This document shows, in pieces, positions 46,801 to 60,524 of a DNA stretch of 64,000 nt (position 1 is the first letter of the stretch; the number at the start of each line of letters is the position of its first letter). The position numbers and the translations under genes are program-made. The stretch comes from Leucoraja ocellata. Lineage: Eukaryota. The stretch lies in contig JAWMAR010000016.1 in NCBI GenBank assembly GCA_036785375.1, forward strand, positions 7,812,001-7,876,000. Direction: 5' to 3'. The notes below the pieces were generated by a model. That model was not told where the DNA came from. It saw only the letters and a program-made list of their open reading frames with translations, and ran no database searches.

Positions 46801-49148
46801 AAATAATTTTATCACTTAACTTGGTTAAGTGATTTGGTTCCGATATTCTTGGTTCCTATATTCATCAGTTCATTGACTGGGCTTTTATACACAACAGCTG
46901 CCAACACAAAACCATGAGTGACAGAACTGCCAAGTACAGAGAACACAACCTTCATACAATAAATATAATAATATTTGTAGAAGACATACAATCAAACATC
47001 ATCATTTAATCAGAGCAGGAATGCCTCCAGCAATGTCGGCAACCAATTGGCAACATAACTGCACATTTATATTGTAAAATTCAATACCCTCAGAAAAGGC
47101 AACAAAAAAATGTATAGGCAAGGAATTGTCTAAGCTGGTTTTGTCATCATTTTATACAGCAATAACGGACAACATTTATGCAGATCACACTCACTGCAAT
47201 GAAAAGCACCCTTTATATTTTGTCATGTGACATGATTTTCATTAAGCCTTTGCAAACTAAATATGGAAATGATGCTTGCTGCAGTTCTTACATGATACAT
47301 TGAAAGGGAAGCAAATAAACAAGGCAATGATAGAGGGCGACGTGGAGGAAAGCAAGAACAGCTTACACGCTGGAATCACAACAGCAAAGAGCCAGCATTT
47401 TACTGCAAGTATTTCATTCATTCACAAAAGCACTGCTACCTTGTGATACAAGGAGTAGAAACAAATGCAAGATGAAAAGAGTCGAGGGAAAAATCCAATT
47501 TAAATGCAAATCCACGACGGTGAAACAGGTTACTATTTACAAGGCTTCTGTTTCGAGCAAGCTATAATGAAACTCTGACAATAAAATGGAAATTAATTTC
47601 TCATGAGGCAAATATCTCATTTATACGCAAGTATTATCACCATCTCAAGCTATTCACAGCAGTCAGGCTGGATTCATTACCCAGAATACACACACGCATC
47701 ACCATCTGTCTTGCTTGATCCGATAGCTCAATAATCTAGTTTATCTGGCGAAACTTAAAATATTACTCAACCTCTTCACTGGGTTTGTGAAAGATGTTTA
47801 GAATGACCTGGAATCCTTATCAAAAAATGAATCCAAACTGGATTACTACAGAATTACTGCAATGAGATCAATTATCTAGGAAAGTGAAGTCTTACCCGTA
47901 GATCTGGATTCCTTTGAACCGTGCTGTGACTTTAATGAAGAGAATGAGCCAGCTAAGCTTGGTGGCTGCTACAGTCAGTGCTGGATTTCAGTTGTGAAGT
48001 CAACACACTCCACAATGTGTCTGTGGATACACAGGGCAGCAGCATGCCCATCTACATCCTCCCATCCAAAACCTCTAAATCATCGTCTCCATGGTTACAG
48101 ATAACACAGAACACATCACTGAACCATAATGAAGCCATGAAGTCTTGTGCAGCAGGCTGCTAACGTACTAAGGAAACACTTTACAATATGATTAATAAAC
48201 TTCATCTGTTGACTCACACAGTCCACCGGGCATTTTTGGGGCATATGGCAAATGTTTTACGTCACATTATGAAAATGAATAATTTTAGCTCATTCAGCAA
48301 GAACTGGATACCAAACAGTGCAATTCAATTTAATGTGCATCCTTTAAGGAGGTACAAAAATATTTTCCCAATACATTGTTAGTAAATACTTTCGATCATT
48401 GTATGACATTGATAAAAACAAAATGGATGTCTAGAAATCATTTCCTATTTCCCCAGACCAATGAGGCACAGTATGTTAATTATATGGTGTTAATTACACA
48501 AGCTGTATAAATCTGTGATTGACGTGGAAAGGCCCATTGCAAGTAGTTCAGCTGGCATTATAATTCATTCTCCAAGTCTAAAATAACTACATACTCAATT
48601 GGCATATTTTTATTTTTGTTGCTATATGGGGAACATGAGCATGGAGCGCTTAAGAAATGGTCAATTCATGCATGAATATACATTCTTTCAAATTGAGATA
48701 AGATGGTGATTGTCCTTGTGCATAAATGAGATATTCTTCCCTTTCTCCAAAAAGTAACATTCTGTGGCTGAAAGTGGAGCACAGCTTTTATTAATGTGTT
48801 CACCTCCTGGAAAAATTAAATGTAAGATCCAATGGAACTCTTATACAATGGATTTGTAATTACCCTGATCAATTGTATCAAGAGATTAGTGTGATTGTCA
48901 TCAGCGTGTTGGAATGTTACAGAGAAAATCCACATTTTAAAAAAGAGTTTAATATAATTTTGGATGATGTGAAGCCAAGAATCACAAACATAAGTTAGAC
49001 ATAAAAAGCTGGAGTAACTCAGCGGGTCAGATGGCATCTCTGGAGAAAAGGAATAGGTGGTGTTTCAGGTTGACACCCTTCTTCAGACTGAGGATCAGAG
49101 GAAAGGGAAACGAGATATAGACGGTGATGTAGAGATGTATAGAAGGCA

Positions 49149-49452
49149 CTAGATCAAGTGGGACCCGTTGGGTCCCGTCCCCTCAACGCGCGGTTGCGGG
49201 GGGTGGGGGGGGGGGGGGCTGCGGTGTCACACACACACTAACCACCCCCACACACACAGGGGGGGAGGGGGGTGAGAAGCGGGGAGGGGGGGGAAAGGGA
49301 GGGGGAGAGTAGAGGGGAGGGGAGTGGGGGAGTGGGGAGAGGAGAGGGGCAGGGGAGTGGGGGAGGGATGGAGGGGGGCAGAGGGGGGGGAGAGGTGGAG
49401 GGGTGGAGGGGGGAAGAGGGGGGGAGAGGTGGAGGGGGGCGAGGAGGAGGGA
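49149..49452 (-). mobile_element. Miniature Helitron-like element
   Basis: Minus strand A|TC...GGGACCC-AAC-GGGTCCC hairpin (49160-49176)...CTAG|T, no TSD, inserted into a Penelope-derived repeat. Confidence 0.7.
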
Positions 49453-52284
49453 TGAATGGAAGATATGCAAAAAACTAACGATGATAAAGGCCATTGTTAG
49501 CTGTTTGCTAGATGAGAACGAGTACAGACAATAAACAATGTATTTTGCAAACTTATGAAGCTGGCAGAATCAAATCTGGAGCTTAGGTTAGAGAATGACA
49601 TTTTAGAATTTATTTAAGTACGACAAGATTCAATTCATTGTAGAGAATTCCAAAAGAATTGGCTTTTCAGTCCCATGTGCACAGTTCCACAATTCAATGA
49701 GGTCTTACCTGGCTTGCATTATTTTGCTCGCATATCATTTCAAAAGAAAAATCAGGATAGAAGCAATTATTTAATTAGAAAGAAAATAATGTGCATGAAT
49801 ACAAAATGGATTTGGGAATCCTGCCTTGCATTAATATTGAGGCTATAACATTAATATTGATGAGCAAATGAGGTGCTGAAATTAATGAAGGTCCATGGTG
49901 ATTCAAAGGTAGAATAATTCCAATATATTATCAGTGCAACAACATTTACTTTGGTAACTAACTAGTAATTTAGTTTTTCTAGTTTAGAGATATACAGTAC
50001 TGAAACAGGCCCTTCGGTCCTCCGAGTCCCCACCAACCAGTGATCACCATACACTAAAACTATCCTGCACACACTCTAGGGACAATTTATAATTTTACCA
50101 AAGCCAATTAACCTACAAACCTGTACGCATTTGGAGTGTGGGAGGAAACTGGAGCATCTGAAGAAAACCTGCGCAGGGCACGGGGAGAACATACAAATCC
50201 GTATAGACAGCACCCGTAGTCAGGATCGAACCTAGGCCTCTGGTGCTGTAAGGCAGCAACTCCACCACTGGGCCTCCCTGATGAATTGATTGACAAATCT
50301 ATTAGGATAGGAGATCGCAAACTACATCTTTCATCTTGAACTTAATTTATTCCGAAGATTCAGTTGCCACAAAATACTCATTTGACTATTCCTCCCACTT
50401 TATTTCCTCTTTCTGATGGATAAATTCATAGTTTTACCACAGGGTGTCTCCTCTCCAACCATCCAAAATATAGATAACCAAACAAATACCAGACATAGCT
50501 ACATGTATGTCTGTATGTTCTGCTCCATTGTTCTGCAAGGCCTTTCGATCTGAAGAGGACCTTCAATAATACAAGGTATTATCCAGAAAATCACAAAGTG
50601 TCCTGATGCATTGGAATAAAAAAATTACATTCAATATGTTCTCTGTTGCATTGCGACTTTTTCAGTAGGATAAAAGTAGATTTTTTTTTTGTCTTATAGA
50701 GCAATGCAACAATAAAACCATTTACATGTAAGCATTATTGATTAATGTACTTATTTATCAGTATACATTGACTGAGAAAATGAAACGGTTCTGTGGAAAA
50801 TACCTTGATAGGTTTGTTTTCTGTAAGCAATTTGTTAAGGAAAATCTGCACAAAATTTGGGAATCTTAAATCGTGTATCTTGGCTTTTAGTGATCAATGG
50901 GTTTCTGCTCTTCTGGCCTCATGAAAAAAAAATAATAATGAAGAAAATAAATAAACATTTATAATGTAAAAGTTTTAAATTATTTTCTTCGCTCCATAGA
51001 TGTTGCCTCACCCGTTGAGTTTCTCCAGCATGTTGTCTACCTTCGATTTTCCAGCATCCTTCTTACACATTTAAAATGTATCTTTTTTAAGGCCTATTCT
51101 GACTAGAATCCCCTTCAGCACTGGATACATAGAGCAGAGATATCAATGTTTAAAACAGAATTGTCACGATAATTTCAGGATCCTGTGTGAATATGTTAAT
51201 TGAGAAGTTGTCAATTAAGAATAGATGTTCTTGATAATTGCCGTTGAGCAGATTAAAATCATCATCATCAGTTGCCTTCAGGGAAATATGTTACTTTATC
51301 AATTTTAGATATAGATCTATTCCATGTTTACTGGGGAGTCGGAGTTATTTTAGTATATATTGATATTTACAGATATTTCAGTCGATTTATTTTCAACAAT
51401 CAGATTGAGATAAAATCATTTCCTGACGCCCTCAAAACATATCTTTGCAGACTGAACTAGTCAGTGATAACATGTCCATACAAGAGATTAAATATTTGAT
51501 TAGCTACTGAATCAATCTGATCCACATGATTGTCAAATATTCCCAGAAATAATTGTAGATATTGCATTGGAGAATAAGGAAATAGCAGAGAATTAAAGTT
51601 TGCATCTGGCTGCATGGACGAAGAAACAGAAAATCTCCTGGAATAATGTGACACGAAAGGTCGAAAATAAATGAGGCGTATAAAGACTAGCATTAGTGAA
51701 AAACTAATATTGGAGTTGCTAACAGGACTGAAAAATGATAACCTCTCTCGGGTTTGGCCAGAGGTGGCTATGGAGATGGAATTTTCAATTGTAGAACAAT
51801 TCCAGAAGGAGGGGGAAAGTGTAAGCCCCTATGCAAGATGAGAAAGAGAAAAAACAGAAGTACAAATCAGTTATGCTGACATCAGTTGCAACGAAAAGCC
51901 TGAAATCAATTCTTCAGAAAATAATAACAGGGCACTTGGAAAATAATAACAGCACTGCACAAAGTCAAAATGTAACACCTTGACACACCAAGGTGCGGCC
52001 TCTGTTGAGGACTGACCATTCTGCGAAGGAAGAGGAAGGTCGGGGGGGGGATGGTGAAAATATGATAGGAGTGAGGGCTGGGGGCAGTGGGGTGGAGGGA
52101 GGGTTGGAGGAAGATCCAACTACATCACGTGGACCAACTCCCCTTCTGACTCTCCTGGGTCCTAGCTCTCCCCTTCATGCAGGCAACCTCAGTAATGGCA
52201 GCAATGGGTCCTGCTAGCTTTCTCTCGATTCCAACCATGTTATTTCTCCTACCCTATCACTACAGTACCCCTCACACCCCCCTT

Positions 52285-52490
52285 NNNNNNNNNNNNNNNN
52301 NNNNNNNNNNNNNNNNNNNNNNNNNNNNNNNNNNNNNNNNNNNNNNNNNNNNNNNNNNNNNNNNNNNNNNNNNNNNNNNNNNNNNNNNNNNNNNNNNNNN
52401 NNNNNNNNNNNNNNNNNNNNNNNNNNNNNNNNNNNNNNNNNNNNNNNNNNNNNNNNNNNNNNNNNNNNNNNNNNNNNNNNNNNNNNNNNN
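52285..52490. other. Assembly gap (206 N)
   Basis: Run of N between C-rich tracts. Confidence 1.
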
Positions 52491-52734
52491 CCCCCTCTGA
52501 CCCCAGACCTCACCACAGCCATTTTTACCCCCTCCCCCTAATAACTGGCAGATTAGATAATGGGGATTCCGCCAGTTGGGGACAATATACTAGCCTGCTT
52601 TATGGGATGAATAATGGATAGAAAACAAAGAACAGGAATTAATGGGTAATTTTCAGACTGCATTAAGACCATTGAGGATCAGTTGGGGACACATTTGTTT
52701 GCCATTTATATGTATATAAATGACTATGTAAGGT

Positions 52735-53545
52735 GATCATAGAGTGATACAGTGTGGAAACAGGACCTTTGGCCCAACTTGCCCACACCGGCCAATAATG
52801 TCCCAGCTACACTTGTCCCACTTGCCTGCTCTTGGTCCATATCCCTCCTAACCTGTCCTATCCATGTACCTGTCTAACTGTTTCTTAAAGGATGGTATAG
52901 TCCCAGCCTCAACTACCTCTTCTGGCAGCTTGTTCCATACAACCACCACCCTTTGTGTGAAAATGTTACCCCTCGTATTCCTATTAATATTTTTCCCCTT
53001 CTCCTTGAACCTATGTCCTATGGTCCTCGATTCCCCTATTCTGGGCAAGAGACTCTGTGCATCTACCGGATCTATTCCTCTCATGATTTTGTACACCTCT
53101 GTAAGATCCCCCCTCATCATCCTGCGCTCCAATGGAATAGTGACCCAGCATACTCAACCTCTCACTATATCTCACACCCTCTAGTCCTGGCAACATCCTT
53201 GTAAATCTTTCCTGAACCCTTTCAAACTTGACAATATCTTTCCTAGAAGATGGTGCCCAGGACTGAACACAATATTCTAAATGCGGTCTCACCAACGTCT
53301 TATAAAACTGCAACATGACCTCCGAACTTCTATTCTCAATACTCTGACTGATGAAGGCCAAAGTGCCAAAAAGCCTTTTTGACCACCTTATCTACCTGCG
53401 ACTCGAGCTTCAAAGGAACAATGCACCTGTACTCCCAGATCCCACTGCTCTACAACACTACCCAGAGGCCTACCATTTACAGTGTAGATCTGCCCTTGTT
53501 CGACAATGCAAAATTGCAACACCTCACACTTCTCTGTATTAAATT
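52735..53545 (-). mobile_element. CR1 LINE 3' fragment
   Basis: [54 protein letters not shown]. Confidence 0.9.
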
Positions 53546-53871
53546 CAAATTCAATTAAGATCAAATGTAAAATAATCCAAATTTGCTGATGATAATGAAC
53601 TAGGATCTGCCCCACAAAATCTATGCCAAACATGATGCCAAATTAAACTAATCTCCTTTGTCTGCACGTAATCCATATCCCTCCATTTGCTGTATATCCA
53701 TGAGCATATTAAATGTCACTATCTTATCCACCGGAATATAGATTAGCTAAATGAATGGACAAGGACAGGGCAGAGAGAATAGAATGTAATTTAAGAAGGA
53801 TTTAGACAGGTACAGGGTACATAGATAGGATAGATTTGGAGGGTTATGAGCCCTCTAAATATCCCTCCATG

Positions 53872-54608
53872 CAGGCACAGAAATCGCTATCAAAATATGG
53901 AGGGGACCGGGGGACACCATTTCTTGGTGGCCGCGCGCGCATGCGCACACTCACACTCAAACCAGTGCTAAATGCAACTCAACTGTGCCTGTCTCGACGG
54001 CCCTGCCTGGACTGACGGGACATCAGCGCTGCTTCTCCGCGCTGGCTGTACACACCTGGGCCATATTTCCCGCAAGTCAAGGCAGGGCTGTAGGTTAACC
54101 TGGCGGAACAGGCAGAGTTGAGCTGTATTTAGCGCTGCTTCTCCGCGCTGGCTGTGGGCCTGGGGGTACAGTTCCCGTCTGACTCCGGACGTCTCTGGCC
54201 ACCCCTGGGCGTGGGGGCACTCGGGTGGGGACAGGGCAGCGACGGTGAGCCAGGATTGATCCTGGCTGCGGATGAGGCGCAGGTCTGTACCACGTCTCCC
54301 TCCTCCAATCACCGCACTCTATCCTCAGTACCACCCCCCTACTTCCGCCTCTGACCGACATCTCCCTCCTCCAATGATCGCGCTGAATCATCATGTCCCA
54401 CCCTCACTGCCTCCTGACCGACTTCTCTCTAGTGCAATCGGCGCCCTCGATCAGCAGTCCCACCCCCACTGTCTCGCGGAAAGCGGAGATTTCACCAGGT
54501 TTTAAAATCACGATTACAAAAAAATGGGGGGGGGGGGATCGTCCCGCACCTCTCAAAACAGAGGGGGACGTGTCCCCCCTGCCCCCCCCCCCCGGATTTC
54601 CACCCCTG
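53872..54608. mobile_element. Non-autonomous hAT-type element (8-bp TSD)
   Basis: Perfect TSD CCTCCATG at 53864-53871 and 54609-54616; imperfect TIRs CAGGCACAGAAATC and CAGGGGTGGAAATC. Confidence 0.8.
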
Positions 54609-55584
54609 CCTCCATGAATATACCTGAGATAAGGGCAGCAAAGGTTCACCAGTTGATTCCCAGGATGGCAGAAATGTCATGATGAGATATTAAAGAAAGA
54701 AAACATAGAACTCTAATCGTTCAAGTTTAGAACAGGAACAATCTCATTGAAAACAAATTTGTTCTAGGGTATCTGCAGAATTTCCCATGACTGGTATTTC
54801 GGGAAAGACTAGGTACAGTATTAAAATAAGAGATCAGCCTGAATACATTGAGAGACAGTGAAATGCCCAATTTACATTCTGTCCAGTTAAATCATGTTAT
54901 ACATGAGTACAATCAGATATCACAGAATATAATGTTACAGCATTATAGTGTTACAGAGAAAGTGCAGACAAAAAAAGTGCAAGATCCATAATTAGGTAGG
55001 TTGGTAGATCAGGATGACAACTTAGATTATGGGAGGACCCTTCAGTAGCCTGAAAACAGCAGGGAAGTAGCTGTTTCTGAACCTGGTGGTATGTGTGTTG
55101 TATCTTCTGCATGAAGGGAGAGCGGAGAAGAGAGAATGGCCAGGGTAAAAATGGTCTTTGATTATGTTGGTTGCTTTCCATAGGCAGTGTGAAGTGTCAA
55201 ATGGGGTCTGGAAGTGTGGAGGGAGGTGGGTGGGGGTTGTGTGATGGAACGTGCTACATTCACAACTCTGCAATTTCTAACGGTCTTGGGCAGGACTGAT
55301 GTATCCCAACAGGATGCATCTGTAGTAGTTGGTAACAGTCGTCCGAGAGACACCGAACTTCCTTAGTCCGATCAGATTTCATCAGAGGATAGTGAATTCC
55401 TTTACATTTCTGCAGAGGATTGTGTATCTTTGGAATTCATTACTCCAGAGAGCAGTGAAAGGTCAGCTGCTGAGTACATTCAAGTTGGAGATTGAAAGCA
55501 TTTGTGATATGAAGGGAATCAGGGGATAAGTCCATTGCCGACTACCATAAAGTTAACACACCCCCCCCCCCCCCCCCCCCCCCA

Positions 55585-57323
55585 GACAACGCCTCCCTTC
55601 CTGACGAGCTGAACCACTTCTATGCTCGTTTTGACCAGGACAACAAATTACCAGCCATCAAAACTACCCCACCCCCAAACGAACAACCCCTCAGTCTCTC
55701 CACCTCTGTTGTACAAGGCGCACTGAGCAGAGTAAATGAGCACAAAGCTGCCGGCCCCGATGGCATCCCCGGGCGTGTGCTCAGGGCATGTGCTGGACAA
55801 CTATCCCTGGTCTTCACTGACATTTTCAACCTGTCACTGGCCCAGAGTGTCGTCCCTACTTGCCTCAAGACCTCAACCATTGTGCCAGTGCCCAAACAGT
55901 CAGCTTCAGGGAGTCTCAACGACTTCCGCCCAGTGGCACTCACCCCTGTCATCGCAAAGTGCTTTGAGCGGCTGATCTTGGCTCACCTCAAAGCCTGCCT
56001 CCCCCCCACACTGGACCCCCACCAGTTTGCCTACCGGACCAACAGGTCTACAGAGGATGCCATATCTGCGGCCCTACACTCTGCCCTGACCCACCTGGAC
56101 TACAACAACTCCTACATCAGGTTGTTGTTCATCGATTTCAGCTCCGCCTTTAACACTGTCATCCCCGCCAGCTTGATCACCAAACTCAGCGGACTTGGCA
56201 TCACCACCTCCCTCTGCAATTGGACACTGGATTTCCTCACCAACAGACCACAGTCTGTTAGGATCAACAACCTCACCTCCTCCACTTTAACACTGAACAC
56301 CGGCGTGCCACAGGGCTGTGTGCTCAGCCCTCTCCTCTACTCCCTCTTCACCCATGACTGCATCCCTAAGTATGGATCCAACGCCATCATAAAATTTGCC
56401 GATGACACCACGGTGGTAGGACTGATCAGCGACAACAACGAATCAGCCTACAGGGAGGAGGTCCAGAACCTGGCAGCCTGGTGTGCCAACAATAACCTCG
56501 TCCTCAACTCTAAGAAGACGAAATAAATAATTGGTGACTTCAGGAAGAGCAGAGGGGGCAGACATACCCCCATCCACATAAACGGGACTGAGGTGGAGCG
56601 CATCTCCAACTACAAATTCCTCGGGGTACACATCTCAGAGGATCTGTCCTGGTCCCTCAATACCACCAAATTGATCAAAAAGGCGGAGCAGCGCCTTTAC
56701 TTCCTGAGGAGGCTCAAGAAAGCTCACCTGTCCCCCCAGATCCTGTCCAACTTTTACCGCTGTACCATCGAAAACATCCTGACCACCTGCTTCACGGTAT
56801 GGTATAACATCTGCACCACAGCTGACAGGAAGACACTGCAACGGGTGGTGAAAACCGCTCAGCACATCATCGGTGCCCCGCTCCCTGCCATGGATGCCCA
56901 CCACCGAAAACGGTGTCTGAGACGGGCCGGGAAAATGATCAAGGACCCCTCTCACCCTAACCATGGACTGTTTGCCCTCCGCCCTTCAGGGAGGTGGTAC
57001 AGGAGCCTCAGGTCTCGCACAAGCAGGCTGAGGAACAGCTTTTTCAACAACACCATTACACTGCTGAACTCGGAGTCCCGACGCTAGCCATCCTTAGACT
57101 CTCCCACTTGTATACAGTTATCTGCCTATGTATCAGTTTTAATTCATCAACAATCCACACATTGTTAACCAGTATTTTTTTTAAACTTTTATTGTATGCC
57201 AACTTTGTATTTTTATTTTTACTTCTACTATCTTACACTATGACTATGACCAGACGCTAAACTGCATTTTGTTGTACCTATACTTGTATTTGTGCAATGA
57301 CAATAAAGTTGAATTGAATTGAA
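55585..57323 (+). mobile_element. Rex1/Babar-type LINE (RT plus C-terminal domain), one in-frame stop
   Basis: [13 protein letters not shown]...[10 protein letters not shown]...DPHQFAYR...[10 protein letters not shown]...[12 protein letters not shown]...KFADDTT; TAA at 56524-56526, then the same frame continues to 57087; tail gacaataaagttgaattgaattgaa. Confidence 0.93.
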
Positions 57324-57802
57324 ATTCATTTTGTGAACACAAACTTGTCGAAAAAGCGAGGCAAACAATTGGGCTGCAGACACCCGACAACCAAAATTCA
57401 TTTTGTAAACACAAACTTTTTTAAAAGGGCTGCAGCCACTTTACAGCCGCTTCGAGTGGACTCACAGTGGAGTAGACGTGCGTTCAGTGTTATTCGCAGC
57501 TCAGAGGGCCGTGACCCTCTCACTTCCTGGGTCTGGCAGAGACTGAGTGAGGCACGACACTTCCTGTTTTTATAGTCCCTCCCCCTGCCGCCAGCAGGGG
57601 CAGCAGAGAGAATTGGGAATTTTGTAAAAACATTAATATCTCTCTCATTTTTTATCGACGGAAAAAGTCCTCCACACTCATACGGCGGAGGGGGTCTCTG
57701 AGCGAGGTGGCCAAAAATGACGGCCGTAGATTGCGGCGTTCTCTCGGAAATCGCAGAACACTCAGCTAAAAGCGGTCAAGATCAGAGATTTAGTAATATA
57801 GA
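57324..57802 (-). mobile_element. Helitron-like 5' portion
   Basis: The minus strand begins A|TCTATATTACTAAA at 57802, a typical Helitron 5' end; its 3' end was not found. Confidence 0.5.
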
Positions 57803-57842
57803 TACACAGATACATATAATTATAATTATATCTCCACCTTAA

Positions 57843-60340
57843 ATATAGAAACATAGAAACATAGAAAATAGGTGCAGGAGTAGGCCAAATTGAACAATTT
57901 CTTTTCTTCGGTATTCACCAAGGAGAAGGATATTGAATTATGTGAGGTAAGGGAAACAAGGAGAGTAGCTATGGAAACTATGAGGATCAAAGAAGAGGAA
58001 GTACTGACACGTTTGAAAAATATAAAAGTGGATAAGTCTCCAGGTCCGGACAGGATATTCCCTAGGACATTGAGGGAAGTTAGTGTAGAAATAGCAGGGG
58101 CTATGACAGAAATATTTCAAATGTCATTAGAAACGGGAATAGTGCCGGAGGATTGGCGTACTGCGCATGTTGTTCCATTGTTTAAAAAGGGTTCAAAGAG
58201 TAAACCTAGCAATTATAGACCTGTTAGTTTGACGTCAGTGGTGGGCAAATTAATGGAAAGGATACTTAGAGATAATATATATAAGCATCTGGATAAACAG
58301 GGTCTGATTAGGAACAGTCAACATGGATTTGTGCCTGGAAGGTCATGTTTGACTAATCTTCTTGAATTTTTTGAAGAGGTTACTCGGGAAATTGATGAGG
58401 GTAAAGCAGTGGATGTTGTATATATGGACTTCAGTAAGGCCTTTGACAAGGTTCCTCACGGAGGGTTGGTTAAGAAGGTTCAATTGTTGGGTATTAATGG
58501 TGGAGTAGCAAGATGGATTCAACAGTGGCTGAATGGGAGATGCCAGAGAGTAATGGTGGATGGTTGTTTGTCAGGTTGGAGGCCAGTGACTAGTGGGGTG
58601 CCACAGGGATCTGTGTAGGGTCCACTGTTGTTTGTCATGTACATCAATGATCTGGATGATGGTGTGGTAAATTGGATTAGTAAGTATGCAGATGATACTA
58701 AGATAGGTGGGGTTGTGGATAATGAAGTAGATTTTCAAAGTCTACAGAGAGATTTATGCCAGTTGGAAGAGTGGGCAGAAAGATGGCAGATGGAGTTTAA
58801 TGCTGATAAGTGTGAGGTGCTACATCTTGGCAGGACAAATCAAAATAGGACGTACATGGTAAATGGTAGGGAATTGAAGAATGCAGGTGAACAGAGGGAT
58901 CTGGGAATAACTGCACTGTTCCCTGAAAGTGGAATCTCATGTAGATAGGGTGTAGATAAAGAAAGCTTTTGATGTGCTGGCCTTTATAAATAAGAACATT
59001 GAGTATAGAAGTTGGGATGTAATGTTAAAATTGTACAAGGCATTGGTGAGGCCAATTCTGGAGTATGGTGTACAATTTTGGTCGCCTAATTATAGGAAGG
59101 ATGTCAACAAAATAGAGAGAGTACAGAGGAGATTTACTAGAATGTTGCCTGGGTTTCAGATACTAAGTTACAGAGAAAGGTTGAACAAGTTAGGGCTTTA
59201 TTCTTTGGAGCGCAGTAGGCTAAGGGGGGGACTTGATAGAGGTCTTTAAAATGATGAGAGGGATAGACAGAGTTGACATGGATAAGCTTTTCCCACTGAG
59301 AGTAGGGAAGATTCAAACAAGGGGACATGACTTGAGAATTAAGGGACAGAAGTTTAGGGGTGACATGAGGGGGAACTTCTTTACTCAGAGAGTGGTGGCT
59401 GTGTGGAATGAGCTTCCAGTGAAGGTGGTGGAGGCAGGTTCGTTTTTATCATTTAAAAATATATTGGATAGTTATATGGACGGGAAAGGGATGGAGGGTT
59501 ATGGTCTGAGCGCAGGTATATGGGACTAGGGGAGATTATGTGTTCGAAACGGACTAGAAGGGTCGAGATGGCCTGTTTCCGTGCTGTAATTGTTATATGG
59601 TTATTTGTTATATGGTTATATTCGGCCCTTCGAGCCTGCACCGCCATTCAATATGATCATGGCTGATCATCCAAATCAATATCCCATACCTTCCTTCTCT
59701 CCATACCCCCTGATCCCTTTAGCCACAAGGGCCACATCTAACTCCCTCTTAAATCTAGCCAATGAACTGGCCTCAACTACCTTCTGTGGCGGAGAATTTC
59801 ACAGATTCACCACTCTCTGTGTAAAAAATGATTTTCTCATCTCGGTCCTAAAAGACTTCCCTCTTATCCTTAAACTGTGACCCCTTGTTCTAAACTTCCC
59901 CAACATCGGGAATAATCTTCCTGCATCTAGCCTGTCCAATCCTTTAAGAATTTTGTAAGTTTCTATAAGATCCCCCCCCTCAATCTTCTAAATTCTAGTG
60001 TGTACAAGCCGAGTCCATCCAGTCTTTTTTCATATGAAAGTCCTGCCATCTCAGGAATCAGTCTGGTGAACCTTCTCTGTACTCCCTCTATGGCAAGAAT
60101 GTATTTCCTCAGATTACGAGACCAAAACTGTATGCAATACTCCAGGTGTGGTCTCACCAAGACCCTGTACAACTGCAGTAGAACCTCCCTGCTCTTATAC
60201 TCAAATCCTTTTGCTATGAATGCTAACATACCATTCGCTTTCTTCACTGCCTGCTGCACCTGCATGCCTACTTTCAATGACTGGTGTACCATGACACCCA
60301 GGTCTCGTTGCATCTCCTCTTTTCCTAATCGGCCACATGG
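57843..60340 (-). mobile_element. Host CR1 (-) split by the 57888-59620 insertion
   Basis: The tail (atagaaac)n...gtaggcca at 57843-57887 rejoins ttcggcccttcgag at 59621; ORF 59963-60313 is CR1 ORF2. Confidence 0.88.
57888..59620 (+). mobile_element. Young 5'-truncated CR1 LINE (RT domain and tail), nested in an opposite-strand CR1
   Basis: NYRPVSLTS, QHGFVPGRSCLTNL, YMDFSKAFDKVPH, GVPQGSV, KYADDTK; few frameshifts. Confidence 0.95.
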
Positions 60341-60524
60341 CTGATGATATATCTAATGATCTGCACTCCACCACTTTCAGGTGCAGAGATTTCTATACAA
60401 TTTAAATTTCTTCAAAATGTACGAAAGAGTGAATACACATCAGTAAACTCCCTGCCTGTTATTTGAATGGTTTTAGGTAAATGAATAGCTCTAGAAAAAG
60501 TGGAAGTATCTAGATTTACAAATG

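Noticed and set aside
51457-51829. Minus-strand open frame of about 120 codons after a polypyrimidine tract and AG
   Set aside because: The + strand of 51680-51830 resembles a decayed CR1 RT segment, and the peptide matches nothing I recognise.
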